Notes under the pieces: generated by a model
Database searches by the model: none
The model's input: the letters and a program-made list of their open reading frames with translations, nothing else
What the model was told of the DNA's origin: nothing
Part shown: positions 24,687 through 34,500 of the stretch, one piece after another
How positions within the stretch are numbered: the first letter of the stretch is position 1
How the letters are laid out: each line of letters begins with the position of its first letter
Translations under genes and position numbers: made by a program
Virus record (IMG/VR): IMGVR_UViG_3300037515_000245
Span: 1-43,105 of that record
Length of the DNA: 43,105 bases
Strand: one strand, 5' to 3'
Origin: a virus
Lineage: Duplodnaviria > Caudoviricetes

Positions 24687-25120
24687 TACGCCACCACGAA
24701 CGAGAAGATACCGCTGGCATTCCACGTCACCAGAAAGGCGGTGCCGTCGCCAGCCGACTGCGAACCTTCGAAGTCGATGTAGGCAACTGGCGGATCATCA
24801 GCATCGGTATCATTGTAGATCAGCGCATAGGACGCGGTAATCGAGCCGCCCGAGGCATTCCAGGTCACATTATCCGCGTCAAACGTGGCGTCATTCGTCG
24901 TCGCCACCGCAATAGCGACGTTGGCCAGCGCCTTGGTATCCTGCGTATAGCCGTTCGCGGTCGCAACCTGCGTAGCGCCTGTTTCAGCCGCCGCCTTCGT
25001 GGTATCCGCAGCCGTGAAGGTAAACGCCGTATAGAGGTTGATCTTGTAGGTATCCGCCACAACATTCGCGCCACTCGCGAAGCGTTGCGCGGTATGGTCG
25101 TAAAGGGTTATTGTTGCCAT
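24686..25120 (-). CDS. Virion structural/fibre subunit (144 aa, Thr/Ala-rich beta protein)
   Basis: AGGAG RBS; GYTQ...FDADNVTW...LIYNDT...YIDF pattern of phage fibre subunits. Confidence 0.75.
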   Translation of the reverse strand: MATITLYDHTAQRFASGANVVADTYKINLYTAFTFTAADTTKAAAETGATQVATANGYTQDTKALANVAIAVATTNDATFDADNVTWNASGGSITASYALIYNDTDADDPPVAYIDFEGSQSAGDGTAFLVTWNASGIFSFVVA

Positions 25121-25122
25121 TT

Positions 25123-25479
25123 TCAGTCTCCTTGTTGATCTGGATCAGGCCCTTCGCCATAGCGATTAAGCCCTCGGTTCATACGCAGCACGTCTGCATC
25201 ACGCGCCGCGCGGCAGTGTTCGCGCCCCAAAGGACGCATCAGGCGGTTAAGCAACGCCTCTCGCCGCCGCCATTTTGCCACCCAAACCGAGGCATCTGCG
25301 GCTTCCGGTGCCATCCAAGGCGGGTGCGCGTCCATGTAGGTGCGTGCGCTCAGGGTTTGATACATGGACCCGCGATAGATAGTGGCGTTGATTACCCGCG
25401 ATACCAACGAGAACACCACAAACCCGACCTCATAAAGGACGTGGCCGAGTTGTCGTAGGGGTGGGCGGCGGCGGCTCAT
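25123..25479 (-). CDS. Hypothetical protein (QTLSAR...EHC)
   Basis: 118 aa, ATGA coupling. Confidence 0.65.
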   Translation of the reverse strand: MSRRRPPLRQLGHVLYEVGFVVFSLVSRVINATIYRGSMYQTLSARTYMDAHPPWMAPEAADASVWVAKWRRREALLNRLMRPLGREHCRAARDADVLRMNRGLNRYGEGPDPDQQGD

Positions 25480-25814
25480 GCGCGCACCTGCATCGCCGCT
25501 TGGAACAGCGTGTCCATTTGCTCATCGGTGTAATTCAGCAGATAAGCGAAAAACATCATGTTCTCGCTATCCCTGCGCCAGTCAGCGGCGTCGTTGATGA
25601 TAACTTTCTGCGCCCATGTCGCATAGGTATCACGCCACGCCTCAACCTCAGCCCAGGCGGCTTCTCCGAGCGCCAGCTTGCCCTGCATCGGCGTGCAGAC
25701 CATGCGCGCGCGTTCACGGGCCAGCTCTGCCACGGGATCGACTTCCGGTAGTTCCCCCGGCAATGCTTCGCGAATGACCTTAACACCGTCTTCCCAGACT
25801 AGGATTTTGCTCAC
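25476..25814 (-). CDS. Tail fibre-associated protein / possible assembly chaperone
   Basis: W.R.S...L..T.EQMD.LF..A C-terminal pattern; follows tail protein. Confidence 0.65.
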   Translation of the reverse strand: MSKILVWEDGVKVIREALPGELPEVDPVAELARERARMVCTPMQGKLALGEAAWAEVEAWRDTYATWAQKVIINDAADWRRDSENMMFFAYLLNYTDEQMDTLFQAAMQVRA

Positions 25815-26434
25815 ATTACGATCCTCCTGCGGTAAAGACGCATTGTTCCGGCATCACTATTGGAACCCCAACTGAAACGAGCCTTGCCAATAATTTGCTG
25901 TGTCGTATCTGCCACCTCAAAAGTGCTGGCGCCGTCAATAGCCAGATTGATTGTCGAGCCATTTTCAGCCCAAGGCTCAAAAACCTCTATCGCATGCCGC
26001 CTGGATGATACTCCCGCGAACGGAAACAGCCAGCCACCCGAGCCATTGGCGCCCGAGCTTACGTTACCCGTATACGTCAAAACAGTTGTATAGGCCGCAT
26101 CTGTTTGTCGATACATTTCAATGGTGAGTCCCAATACCGCAGTGGCGCTAAGAGAAAGCACTCGGACCGCATATTCATACCCCGCCACAAAAGCCGGCGT
26201 CTCAACAGCAGTAACCGCGCCATCTATAGCGAAGTCGTAGAATTTGCCGATAGCTCCATCACCAACATTCGCCATGTCATAGGGGTGCCACGCGGCTTGA
26301 TCAACAGGCGCGCCGGTGGCAAATTCGGCAATCGCGACGGGGTTATCCCGAAGAGCCTGCACCGTGGTTGCAAACGGCTTTGCTCCAACTGCCACAAGCG
26401 CATTGCTGATTGTAGTCCAAGCCATTAAAGCCAC
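25811..26434 (-). CDS. Tail tip / short fibre protein
   Basis: MAWTTIS...LRDNPVAIAE N-terminus; follows hub gene; likely start ATG 26425. Confidence 0.7.
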   Translation of the reverse strand: MALMAWTTISNALVAVGAKPFATTVQALRDNPVAIAEFATGAPVDQAAWHPYDMANVGDGAIGKFYDFAIDGAVTAVETPAFVAGYEYAVRVLSLSATAVLGLTIEMYRQTDAAYTTVLTYTGNVSSGANGSGGWLFPFAGVSSRRHAIEVFEPWAENGSTINLAIDGASTFEVADTTQQIIGKARFSWGSNSDAGTMRLYRRRIVM

Positions 26435-28140
26435 CTCACATTAACTGCATCGCCGAAGTTGTCGTTTCCGTCATCATCGCACCAGACCCCTGTTTCTGCA
26501 ATTGGTGCGGTATCACTATCAGCCACCCACGCCCAGAGTATCCCGGCGCTTTCGTTATCCTCTGCGACAAAGCGATAAACACCGCCCTGCGTCACCGTTT
26601 CTGCCGAAGTAATCAGCCATGGCGTCGTTTTCTCAAGCCCGGTGAAATCCACCAGCATGAAATGCGTCAGGTTCACAATGTCACCGGTCCAGACATTTCC
26701 AATGTCTTTTGCCGTCAGCGAAAACGTCAGATGCTTCCGAACGTCCTTAAAGCGTTGCAGATAGGTATTCGCAAGCGATGCCGCGATCACTGCGGTATTC
26801 ACCCACCGGCAGAATATCTGCTTCAGTTTCGGTTCGCCGTATTGCTGCTCCTTGTTAACGTCGATGAAAATCTCGGCGTTAGCATAGCTGAACGGATCGG
26901 ATACGCTCAAAACCGGGCTGCGTAATCCGTAATAAACGGCTACCTGCGAAGCCCGCGCTTCCGGCTTTTCCACTACACTGAAACTGTCCGCAACGATATT
27001 TTCGCTCTGCGTCAGCGTATCTGCGGAAAAGTTTGGCCGCTGCGCCCGGAACAGGATTTCCTGCACCCGCTCATCCCACCATACGTTCGAAAGCCCCTGC
27101 TGGCACAGTTCCCCAACCAGCGTTTGAATGCTGACAGGCGAAGCCAGATGTGTCGTGAAGTTGTAAATCTCTCGCCATTCAGAGCCTTCCGCCTGCCATG
27201 CTGCCTGATCAATATAAGACGCAGGAATGCCGCCCCATATCACCAGCAGGTCATAGATGATATCCGCCAGCGCGACGGCCTCATACGACAGCACCCGCTG
27301 GACCTGATCATTCTGCGCATGCGTTGCCGCCGTAGTTTCGAGTTGCGCCCGTGCGCCGCCGCTGAACGTGATGATGCCCGCCGCTTCCACCCGCGACGTA
27401 TAACTGACGATTTCCGAACCAATCCGCACTCGACCTGTGGCCGGATAATCTGCCGCGACAGCCCCCGCTACAGTGAACGAGGTTACGCTTGCGTCAATAG
27501 CGGCAGACAACGCGCCGGGCGAAAGCGTAGGGGCCGTGGCATCGTTATCCGTCACCAGTCGCAGAATGTCCTTGGCTGTGATCTGCACCGATGAGCGGCC
27601 TGCGTCGATCTTTTCAATCGAGTATTCGCGCTTGATCATGTCGGCCAGTTCATCGCCGAAATATCCGTCATAAATGCGCAGCGTGTAGCCGGTATGGAAC
27701 GGGTTCCGCACCAGCCACTTTGACCAGAAACTTCCGCGCGTGCTCGGGTCGTAGGTGCGATCTGCGAGGTAGGGATCAAATTCTGCGTCGTTGTAGGGGT
27801 GATCCTTGATTGCGACCGTCGCCACTGCCCGCAGCCCGAGCGGCGAAATGTTATCGTCGCCCGCGCCGACATTGAGAACGGTCGGCGCAGTATCCACCGA
27901 GATCAGCGACGGGATAGCTGTTCCGGGCTGAAACCCAGAAGCGAGAAACCTGTTCGCGGCGGGCGCAACAAACCGGATCGCGATTTCTTCTGACAAGTCA
28001 AGCGCCGCGAGAAACTTACAGGTTACGTCCGTATTCCAGCACTTTTCGCCAGTCGCCAAGCACGGCGAGACGCCGAACGTGCGGCTGCAGAGTGGCTGAA
28101 TAATCTCGACAACCTGAAGAGGTTCGCGCGCGAATGTCAT
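26425..28140 (-). CDS. Baseplate hub / Tal-like tail protein
   Basis: 571 aa; N-terminal Cys cluster; position after Dit. Confidence 0.7.
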   Translation of the reverse strand: MTFAREPLQVVEIIQPLCSRTFGVSPCLATGEKCWNTDVTCKFLAALDLSEEIAIRFVAPAANRFLASGFQPGTAIPSLISVDTAPTVLNVGAGDDNISPLGLRAVATVAIKDHPYNDAEFDPYLADRTYDPSTRGSFWSKWLVRNPFHTGYTLRIYDGYFGDELADMIKREYSIEKIDAGRSSVQITAKDILRLVTDNDATAPTLSPGALSAAIDASVTSFTVAGAVAADYPATGRVRIGSEIVSYTSRVEAAGIITFSGGARAQLETTAATHAQNDQVQRVLSYEAVALADIIYDLLVIWGGIPASYIDQAAWQAEGSEWREIYNFTTHLASPVSIQTLVGELCQQGLSNVWWDERVQEILFRAQRPNFSADTLTQSENIVADSFSVVEKPEARASQVAVYYGLRSPVLSVSDPFSYANAEIFIDVNKEQQYGEPKLKQIFCRWVNTAVIAASLANTYLQRFKDVRKHLTFSLTAKDIGNVWTGDIVNLTHFMLVDFTGLEKTTPWLITSAETVTQGGVYRFVAEDNESAGILWAWVADSDTAPIAETGVWCDDDGNDNFGDAVNVRWL

Positions 28141-30035
28141 TCCAAGAACCCCGTGACCGGCAGCGAAACCTGCATGAAGTCGCGGATACCCATGTTTTCT
28201 GGCTGCGGAACTTGGTCAGTCCAGCACCACGCTACACTCTCCGGCATCTTAGACGGGTTCTGGATCAGGCCAAACGGCGTCTGCGGCAGGGCTTCTGCGA
28301 ATGCTTTGAAGTTGGCGCGATACCATTCTGCAGTCAGGTGCATCCACGACATTTCGCTTGTTGCCGCCTGCCGCTGGATTGTTCGCCCGAGCCACTGACC
28401 GGTTTCCGTAATGCTATGCCGGGTTTCGACCGCCCGGTTCAGCCCGATCGGGCGCACACCGCCGAATACAGGCCGTGACATTTGCAGCGCAGCGCCACCC
28501 CGGATGATGCCGATGCTCTTGCCTGTGCCTTCCGAAATCACGATGCGAAATTTCTGCGTCTGATAGGCCACCCCGCCACTGTTCGCCATGATGGCAATTG
28601 TCGAGGTATCAGGCACCGACAACCAAGACGTAATGTCATGATACGCTGACGCTACTGGTGCCGTGGTGGTCTTGATATAGGTCGTGACCATCGAGCCAGT
28701 TTGAAACTGCGCACCCCAGACGTAAATTCCGCTAGCCCCATCACCATCATAGATAACGCTGGTGCCGTCATGCAATTCTGTGCGCAAGACGCCGGTTACC
28801 GTCGCAAGAGCCAAGGCCGTCGCAGAACACCGATACAGGCCATCGCCTATATCTTCGATCACTGCGCCAATACCAGCCGTCTGGTTGAATACCGACCCGT
28901 CCGAAAGGTCGAAGACAGCGCCCGCGTCACTGAACGCGCCGTTGTCGCCCCCAAAATTCAGCCTGACGTGCGTTCTTTCTGCCGCCTTGGCGTATATGGA
29001 ATATGTGTAATATGTGCCAGAAGTCACGGCATATTGTTGCAGCATAAGGTGGGTATTCGCCACCGTGCCATCCTCGACCAATTTGTCGGCGCTGGTCGTG
29101 CCGTCAGGCGCCTCAGCCACGTTCGCAGAAATCGTCACGCGGGTTTTAGTCCACGACGCGTTGTCGAAAGTCTCCGACTGCAGCGCGGCGTTGGTGACGG
29201 TTTCCGACGAGCCGAACCGGGGCACATAGTCCGTTACAGCCTCAGCAGCCTCGAACTGCGCCCCCCAGAGGTAAAGACCACTGGTGCCGTCGCCGGTATA
29301 AGTGATGCTCGTTCCGTCATGCAGCCCAAGTATAAAATTCACGCTCCCCGTCGCAATCGCCTGCGCAGTGATCGAGCACCGATACCAGCCTCCACCGAGG
29401 TCTTCCATTACCGCGCCGGCACCTGCTGTTCCGCCAAATATTGTGCCGTTCGAAAGGTTGAAAATGGTGCTTATATCAGGCGACGGGAAAACACCAGTGC
29501 TACTACTGAATGCCGGTCGAATATGCGTCCTCTCGCCAGCCTTCGCGTAGACAGATAGTGTGTAATATGTGCCAGAGACTGCCGTAACTGCCTGCACTGT
29601 AAAATGAGTATTCGTTGCTGTTGTGTCTTCTACAAGCTTATCTGCAACAACGAAACTACCAAACGCCGCAGGTATCGCCGTGGCATTTTTCGTAATGCTG
29701 GCTCTTGTCTTGCCCCAAATACCTTCATTCAAAGCCTCGGACCACAGCGCCATGTTTTTCCAAACCTGCCCCGATAACTGCGCCTTGATCGTGGCGCCCG
29801 ACAGGTTGTGCGCTGCGATGAATATCGTATCCAGCGGCGCAACCAATCCCGCATCAAGCCCCCACGATGCTACCCCTGCGGGGGCATCCCACCGCTGATT
29901 GGTGTAGTCGTTCGCAGCGTAGTCGCCGTTGGTCCCACCTGCCGTCACCGTGCCAGTAAATGGCGCGTAGAGAATGCGCGCGTGGTTCAGGGGATAATTA
30001 CTACCAAGCGCATAGTCAGAGGTGTAAAGCGTCAT
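28137..30035 (-). CDS. Distal tail (Dit)-like protein with two inserted tandem CBM-like domains
   Basis: Directly after tape measure; two ~175-aa repeats (ADKLVED...SGTYYT.S.YAKA.ERTH...YRCS...LHDGTS..Y.GDG.SG.Y.WGAQF). Confidence 0.7.
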   Translation of the reverse strand: MTLYTSDYALGSNYPLNHARILYAPFTGTVTAGGTNGDYAANDYTNQRWDAPAGVASWGLDAGLVAPLDTIFIAAHNLSGATIKAQLSGQVWKNMALWSEALNEGIWGKTRASITKNATAIPAAFGSFVVADKLVEDTTATNTHFTVQAVTAVSGTYYTLSVYAKAGERTHIRPAFSSSTGVFPSPDISTIFNLSNGTIFGGTAGAGAVMEDLGGGWYRCSITAQAIATGSVNFILGLHDGTSITYTGDGTSGLYLWGAQFEAAEAVTDYVPRFGSSETVTNAALQSETFDNASWTKTRVTISANVAEAPDGTTSADKLVEDGTVANTHLMLQQYAVTSGTYYTYSIYAKAAERTHVRLNFGGDNGAFSDAGAVFDLSDGSVFNQTAGIGAVIEDIGDGLYRCSATALALATVTGVLRTELHDGTSVIYDGDGASGIYVWGAQFQTGSMVTTYIKTTTAPVASAYHDITSWLSVPDTSTIAIMANSGGVAYQTQKFRIVISEGTGKSIGIIRGGAALQMSRPVFGGVRPIGLNRAVETRHSITETGQWLGRTIQRQAATSEMSWMHLTAEWYRANFKAFAEALPQTPFGLIQNPSKMPESVAWCWTDQVPQPENMGIRDFMQVSLPVTGFLE

Positions 30036-32173
30036 ACTACCCTCGCGCGCAAGTTGGTGCCATTGCGGCTGGCTTGGTTGAGTTGCTCCGCGAGTTGGCG
30101 AATGATGTTGCCTCCAAACCCGAATGGATCGTTTGTAATAGTAAAGTTGAGCGTCTGGGTAGGCGGAGCCGCCTGTGCCGCCGACGATGCGCGGCTGCCT
30201 GCGCTACCGGCTGAGGAGGCGCTTCCGCCGCCGCCCTTGATTGCCTGAACCGCATTCATACCGGCGGCGAGGACGCCAACCGCGGCGGGGATTTTAGCAT
30301 ACCACGGAAGAGCGGCATCCGCGAGAACTTGGTTAAAAGCGCGCCAAGCGTTGATAAGTGCCTCTACGGCGGCAAACTTCTTCCCAATCGCCGCCATGCG
30401 CTCGTTACCAGTTGCCAGTGCGCTTGCCATGTCCCCGAAGAATTGCCCTGCCTGATCCAGTGCCGAACCGTAACGATACACGTCAAGCTCAGACATTTTA
30501 TCGGCGTGTTGGCGGTTGAGTTCTTCACTCAAAGCGTAGTATTCTTCCTCGGTGATACGACGTTGCTCAAGGGCCTGGGCGAGAACTTCTTGGCGCCGCG
30601 CGAAGCTCTCGATTTCGGCTTCTTCCCGCGACTGCAACGCTGCGAGAAGCTTTTCCAGCTCCGCCGCATACGGATCAGCGCCACCGCCACTGGCATTCGG
30701 CGGAACAGACCAATCATCGTCAGTTCGGGGTGTAGGCCTCGGGGAAGTCGTCGGCGCAAAAGGCGAGGCGCCGGCGAAACCGGGCGGCAGCGGAGCGCCT
30801 ATTGGAAAGGGGGGATCGAAGGGGATAGAAGAGGCTTTCCGCATGGCCTCATACACATCACGGAGCTTATCGACCATGCGGCCCGCCGCATCAACTCCCG
30901 CGTCGATATTCGCGGCGAGATCAATCTCCGCAATGATCCGTTCGATCTCCGCGACTTTATCGAGCATCCCTTTAAGTTTAAGAGCTTCTATCGCGGCCTC
31001 AAGTGTCTTTTTTGCTGCATCTTTCATCTCTTGCGGTAATTTCGCGCCAGCTTCTTCCGCCGCTTTCAAGGCGTCGTGCAGGTTCCTGGCGGCTTGTGCT
31101 TGCTGCTCCGGTCCCTCTGCGTGGTTCATTAACTCAAAAGCAGTTACTAAGCGGCTAGCTTGTTCTATGCTCAAACCAAATTCGTCGTTCAAAGAAGCTA
31201 ATGTAACCTTAAACATATCCGCTTTTATAGATTGAGCTTCTGTGCCATTGCCCACTATATTAGTGGCCTTAACATAAGCATCAAACAGAGAAAGCAAACG
31301 AGAAAAACTGGTTTCTAATCCCGTATTTATAGCGAATAGTTTTTCTTGCGACTCGAGGATCGACAAATCCAGCAGAGCCAAATTTAGTTCCCGCGCAGCG
31401 ATAGCATTCTCGCCAAACATATCACGCAATTCGACCAGACTCTTAACGCCGGTTGAGTAAGCCGTATCCAACTCGGCGGAGGCTGTTTTCAGATCATCAA
31501 AACCCTTCTTCAGCGTGTCTGCGCTCTCTCGGGCCTTAAAAGCAGATACGCCCCATTTGATAAGGGCGGCGGCTCCGGCAACCGCCGCAATGGTCATTAG
31601 TGACGTGGGGTTAATAATCGAGACGAACGCCGAACCAAGCGCTTTGACCCGCTCTAGCGTGCTCCCGCCCATCGAGTTTAGCACCTGACTAAACTGCGTG
31701 CCTTGCTGGATGCCGGTCATAAAGACATTCTGCCCAGCCACCGCCATAACTGCAACGTCGTTAAACTGAGCAGCAAGGTTAGCCGACTGGAAGCGGCTAG
31801 AGCGAATTTGCTTGTTCAACCTCTCCTGAGCAATAGTCAGGCCGAACATACTTTGTGCGGTTTGCTCAAGCAGAGCCGCGTGCTGGGCGGTGGAAATACC
31901 TGCCGCGCCGCTCGTCTGTTTGAATATATTGAGTTGCGAATTGAGGACGGCAACCGCATCCTCATACTTTTTCGTATTCGCATAGACTGGATCAATCGAC
32001 CGCTTCAGCCTATCAAACGCCGCCGACGACGACTGCCCCATCGAAGTAGAGGACGACTTGATCTTGACAAATTCGCGCCCGAGGCTGTCGAGATAAAGCC
32101 TACTCTGCGACGTGGCTGCTTTCAGCCCAGACGCGTCGCCAGTTATCTTAACATTAAGTTCCTGAAGCGACAT
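30032..32173 (-). CDS. Tape measure protein
   Basis: 713 aa helical Ala-rich; NLAAQFNDV...QQGTQ lambda-H-like motif. Confidence 0.9.
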   Translation of the reverse strand: MSLQELNVKITGDASGLKAATSQSRLYLDSLGREFVKIKSSSTSMGQSSSAAFDRLKRSIDPVYANTKKYEDAVAVLNSQLNIFKQTSGAAGISTAQHAALLEQTAQSMFGLTIAQERLNKQIRSSRFQSANLAAQFNDVAVMAVAGQNVFMTGIQQGTQFSQVLNSMGGSTLERVKALGSAFVSIINPTSLMTIAAVAGAAALIKWGVSAFKARESADTLKKGFDDLKTASAELDTAYSTGVKSLVELRDMFGENAIAARELNLALLDLSILESQEKLFAINTGLETSFSRLLSLFDAYVKATNIVGNGTEAQSIKADMFKVTLASLNDEFGLSIEQASRLVTAFELMNHAEGPEQQAQAARNLHDALKAAEEAGAKLPQEMKDAAKKTLEAAIEALKLKGMLDKVAEIERIIAEIDLAANIDAGVDAAGRMVDKLRDVYEAMRKASSIPFDPPFPIGAPLPPGFAGASPFAPTTSPRPTPRTDDDWSVPPNASGGGADPYAAELEKLLAALQSREEAEIESFARRQEVLAQALEQRRITEEEYYALSEELNRQHADKMSELDVYRYGSALDQAGQFFGDMASALATGNERMAAIGKKFAAVEALINAWRAFNQVLADAALPWYAKIPAAVGVLAAGMNAVQAIKGGGGSASSAGSAGSRASSAAQAAPPTQTLNFTITNDPFGFGGNIIRQLAEQLNQASRNGTNLRARVV

Positions 32174-32758
32174 TCTTCATCTTCTCTCGATGTTCTTTTC
32201 GGGCTTGATCCCAAGCACTTGCGGAAAACCCAGACGGGTCTGCTTTGGTTGTTTTCTGTCTCACCATTTTGGTGTCAAACTCCCACCAGAACTCCGCGGT
32301 AGACATTTCCCAAAACTCACCCGGCTGGATTTCCCAATCTCGCGCTAGCTTGTAACAAATCTTTACGAGATCAAGCCAGCTTACTTTTTTTCGTCCTTCT
32401 CCCCTGCGTCAAGCTTTTCTTCTGGCGCGGGGCCAACGATCAGGCCCAGGTATTCCAGTGCCACATCGCGGGCCTCCGCGAAGCCGACCTCGAAAACGAG
32501 TTCCTGCACCGCCTCGAGTTTCATATCGCTTTTCGCGGCCTTCAGTCCGATGTAGATCAACTGCGGCACGTTCTGGACGTTGAACTTCCATTTCGTATCG
32601 TAGTTGATGCCGCGCGAAAGCAGCATCGACTCGACGCTGGCTTCGCGGGCGATCAGCAGCGGATCGGCGACCGTTTTTGCGATCTCGACGGAGGCGGCGA
32701 AGTTAGCGACGAGCCGAAGCTCGACGCCGTTCAATGTGGCGACGAACTCCCGCATCAC
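32154..32758 (-). CDS. Tail assembly chaperone GT (via -1 frameshift at A AAA AAG, 32384-32390)
   Basis: -1 frame continues VSWLDLVKICYKLARDWEIQPGEFWEMSTAEFWWEFD...NVASGT*, typical gpT-like P.EFW.M. Confidence 0.8.
32381..32758 (-). CDS. Tail assembly chaperone G
   Basis: Between tail tube and tape measure; ends at slippery site. Confidence 0.8.
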   Translation of the reverse strand: MMREFVATLNGVELRLVANFAASVEIAKTVADPLLIAREASVESMLLSRGINYDTKWKFNVQNVPQLIYIGLKAAKSDMKLEAVQELVFEVGFAEARDVALEYLGLIVGPAPEEKLDAGEKDEKK

Positions 32759-33162
32759 GAAGCCGCCGACGCGGTGTAGGTGATAACGCCAGTTGACATG
32801 AAGGTGGCGGAAAACTCCACGGCACCGTCATGCTCACCGTTTTCTGCGAAGGACGAGATGAGCCACTCGCCGGCCACCGTCCCTTTCACAGCAAGCGACG
32901 AGGGCAGCGTGGCCGAAACGGTCTCCGACGCCATACTCGCAGTCATTATCAGCGCGAGCAAAACTTCGTCGGAGGTGATCCCGCTGATCGTGATCTCGAC
33001 GGACCTCGTCGCGGGGTCGGCCAGCAGAGTCCGCCAGCCTGCGTCATCGTCCGTAGTGACATCGACGTAATCATTCGTCACGGTGAAGCCGCGCGAGCGC
33101 ACCCCCACGTAGGTAGTGCTGTCATGTTTAATGAGCAGCTGGCGACCATTGAAACCTGCCAT
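32755..33162 (-). CDS. Major tail tube protein (TP901-1/GTA-like)
   Basis: GRQLLIK...VDVTTDDDAGWR.LL...ITISG...FSATFMSTG. Confidence 0.88.
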   Translation of the reverse strand: MAGFNGRQLLIKHDSTTYVGVRSRGFTVTNDYVDVTTDDDAGWRTLLADPATRSVEITISGITSDEVLLALIMTASMASETVSATLPSSLAVKGTVAGEWLISSFAENGEHDGAVEFSATFMSTGVITYTASAAS

Positions 33163-33168
33163 GTCAGA

Positions 33169-33567
33169 TTACTCCTCTTGCACTAGCAGTTTGAAACGGC
33201 AGATGCCGTGATGAGTTACCCCGTCGGGGTCGAGGTAGATTTGGGAGAAGGCAAGTAGGCTGTCTACAACATGAAGCCCCGTGATGCTGAGATTGCCTCG
33301 GTGGAGTGTTGAGTAGATATGGTCCATGATACGCCGCATCTCCACCGTTCCTTTGTATCTAGACCATATATGCAAGTAAATGTCAATATCTTTTCCTAGT
33401 AAATCATCAGTATCCCACGGACGTGAACCTGCCAGCCCGATAACGACATAGGGAAAGTTTAAGAGTGGCTTGCCCTCGCTTTGCGGCGGAACGTAGTCGT
33501 AAACCGTAGCCCCGATAGACCCCGCTACAAGCGCGTCGTAAATCATTTTCAGTGAAAGCTCTTCCAC
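33169..33567 (-). CDS. Tail terminator / completion protein (DUF3168-like)
   Basis: VYDYVP...FPYVVIG...HIWSRY.G...DPDG.T.HG; GTG start with GGAGG. Confidence 0.8.
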   Translation of the reverse strand: MEELSLKMIYDALVAGSIGATVYDYVPPQSEGKPLLNFPYVVIGLAGSRPWDTDDLLGKDIDIYLHIWSRYKGTVEMRRIMDHIYSTLHRGNLSITGLHVVDSLLAFSQIYLDPDGVTHHGICRFKLLVQEE

Positions 33568-33568
33568 A

Positions 33569-34069
33569 TCAACCTCCAAGTCCGGCGCGAGCGGCGCGTA
33601 GGTGACTGCGTTTATGGTGGCCGCGCACGGCGAGAGAGATGGCATCATCCATCATCGTCTCCAGCCTCCCGCGCATGACGTCTTGGGCTTGTTGGAATGA
33701 GGGAGCAAGCCACGGGCGGGCGGCCATCTTACTCGTGCCGAACTCAAGATACTGCGCGTAGGCAAGGCTCGATCCATACGAGACTACCGCGCGTTTGGGG
33801 TAGCTTATCTCAATACTCCCCGCGAGGGCGCCTAAATCCTCGTTCGGGAACTCCCCCGGCGCGGAAGCTTGATGCAGGCGGGAGGGGTTATACCGCCGAT
33901 AAATAGCGCCGCTGGCTGGGCCGCTACGTATCCCTTCGATTGCCTGTTCAATGCCTTCGAAGGCAAGTTCTTCCGCGAACTCTTCGACAGTCATTTCGGC
34001 ATTGCGGCCGAGCGCCCCGAGCGCCGCCGTTACTGCACTAAGCCCCGCGTAGGTAACATTCACCCGCAT
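33569..34069 (-). CDS. HK97 gp10-like neck protein
   Basis: HQASAPGE.P..D.G.L..SI...YA.YLEFGTSKMAARPWL.P. Confidence 0.85.
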   Translation of the reverse strand: MRVNVTYAGLSAVTAALGALGRNAEMTVEEFAEELAFEGIEQAIEGIRSGPASGAIYRRYNPSRLHQASAPGEFPNEDLGALAGSIEISYPKRAVVSYGSSLAYAQYLEFGTSKMAARPWLAPSFQQAQDVMRGRLETMMDDAISLAVRGHHKRSHLRAARAGLGG

Positions 34070-34500
34070 CAGCTTGCTTCGCCTTCTACCAGATCAAGCT
34101 GCAGCCAGGCTTGAGTGAAATCGGGATCGAACGCGGCGATGATGTTGTAGTAGCGGCCGCGAAAGACAACACGATCGCGGCCTGCGCTGTAGTAGGGCGC
34201 CCCGTTAGCATTGCCGCGGAAACGGATAGTAGCCGATGTCTCGCGTAGCGGAGTCTCCCGCTGCGCCTGCGTCGGTTTACTTCCGAGCATCCGCGCGGTG
34301 TCCTGAACAAGGCTGGCCCAAACGCCGCCAGTAGGGTCAGCGGCCCACGTATCCGTCAGCCCGCCGTAACCGTCCGGCGCGGTAGTCCGGCGCTCGATCG
34401 TTATCAGCTGCTTGAGCATTCCGGCGTGCATTTTACAGCAGGACATGAAGAAGCCTTTCAGTGGATATGGTTGTTCCCATTTGGGGCGAAGCCATATCAA
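34069..34500 (-). CDS. Head closure (head-tail adaptor) protein
   Basis: ITIER.T...DGYGG....W...VWA...IRFR...DRVVF.GR.YNI; start may be 34446. Confidence 0.8.
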   Translation of the reverse strand: MIWLRPKWEQPYPLKGFFMSCCKMHAGMLKQLITIERRTTAPDGYGGLTDTWAADPTGGVWASLVQDTARMLGSKPTQAQRETPLRETSATIRFRGNANGAPYYSAGRDRVVFRGRYYNIIAAFDPDFTQAWLQLDLVEGEAS

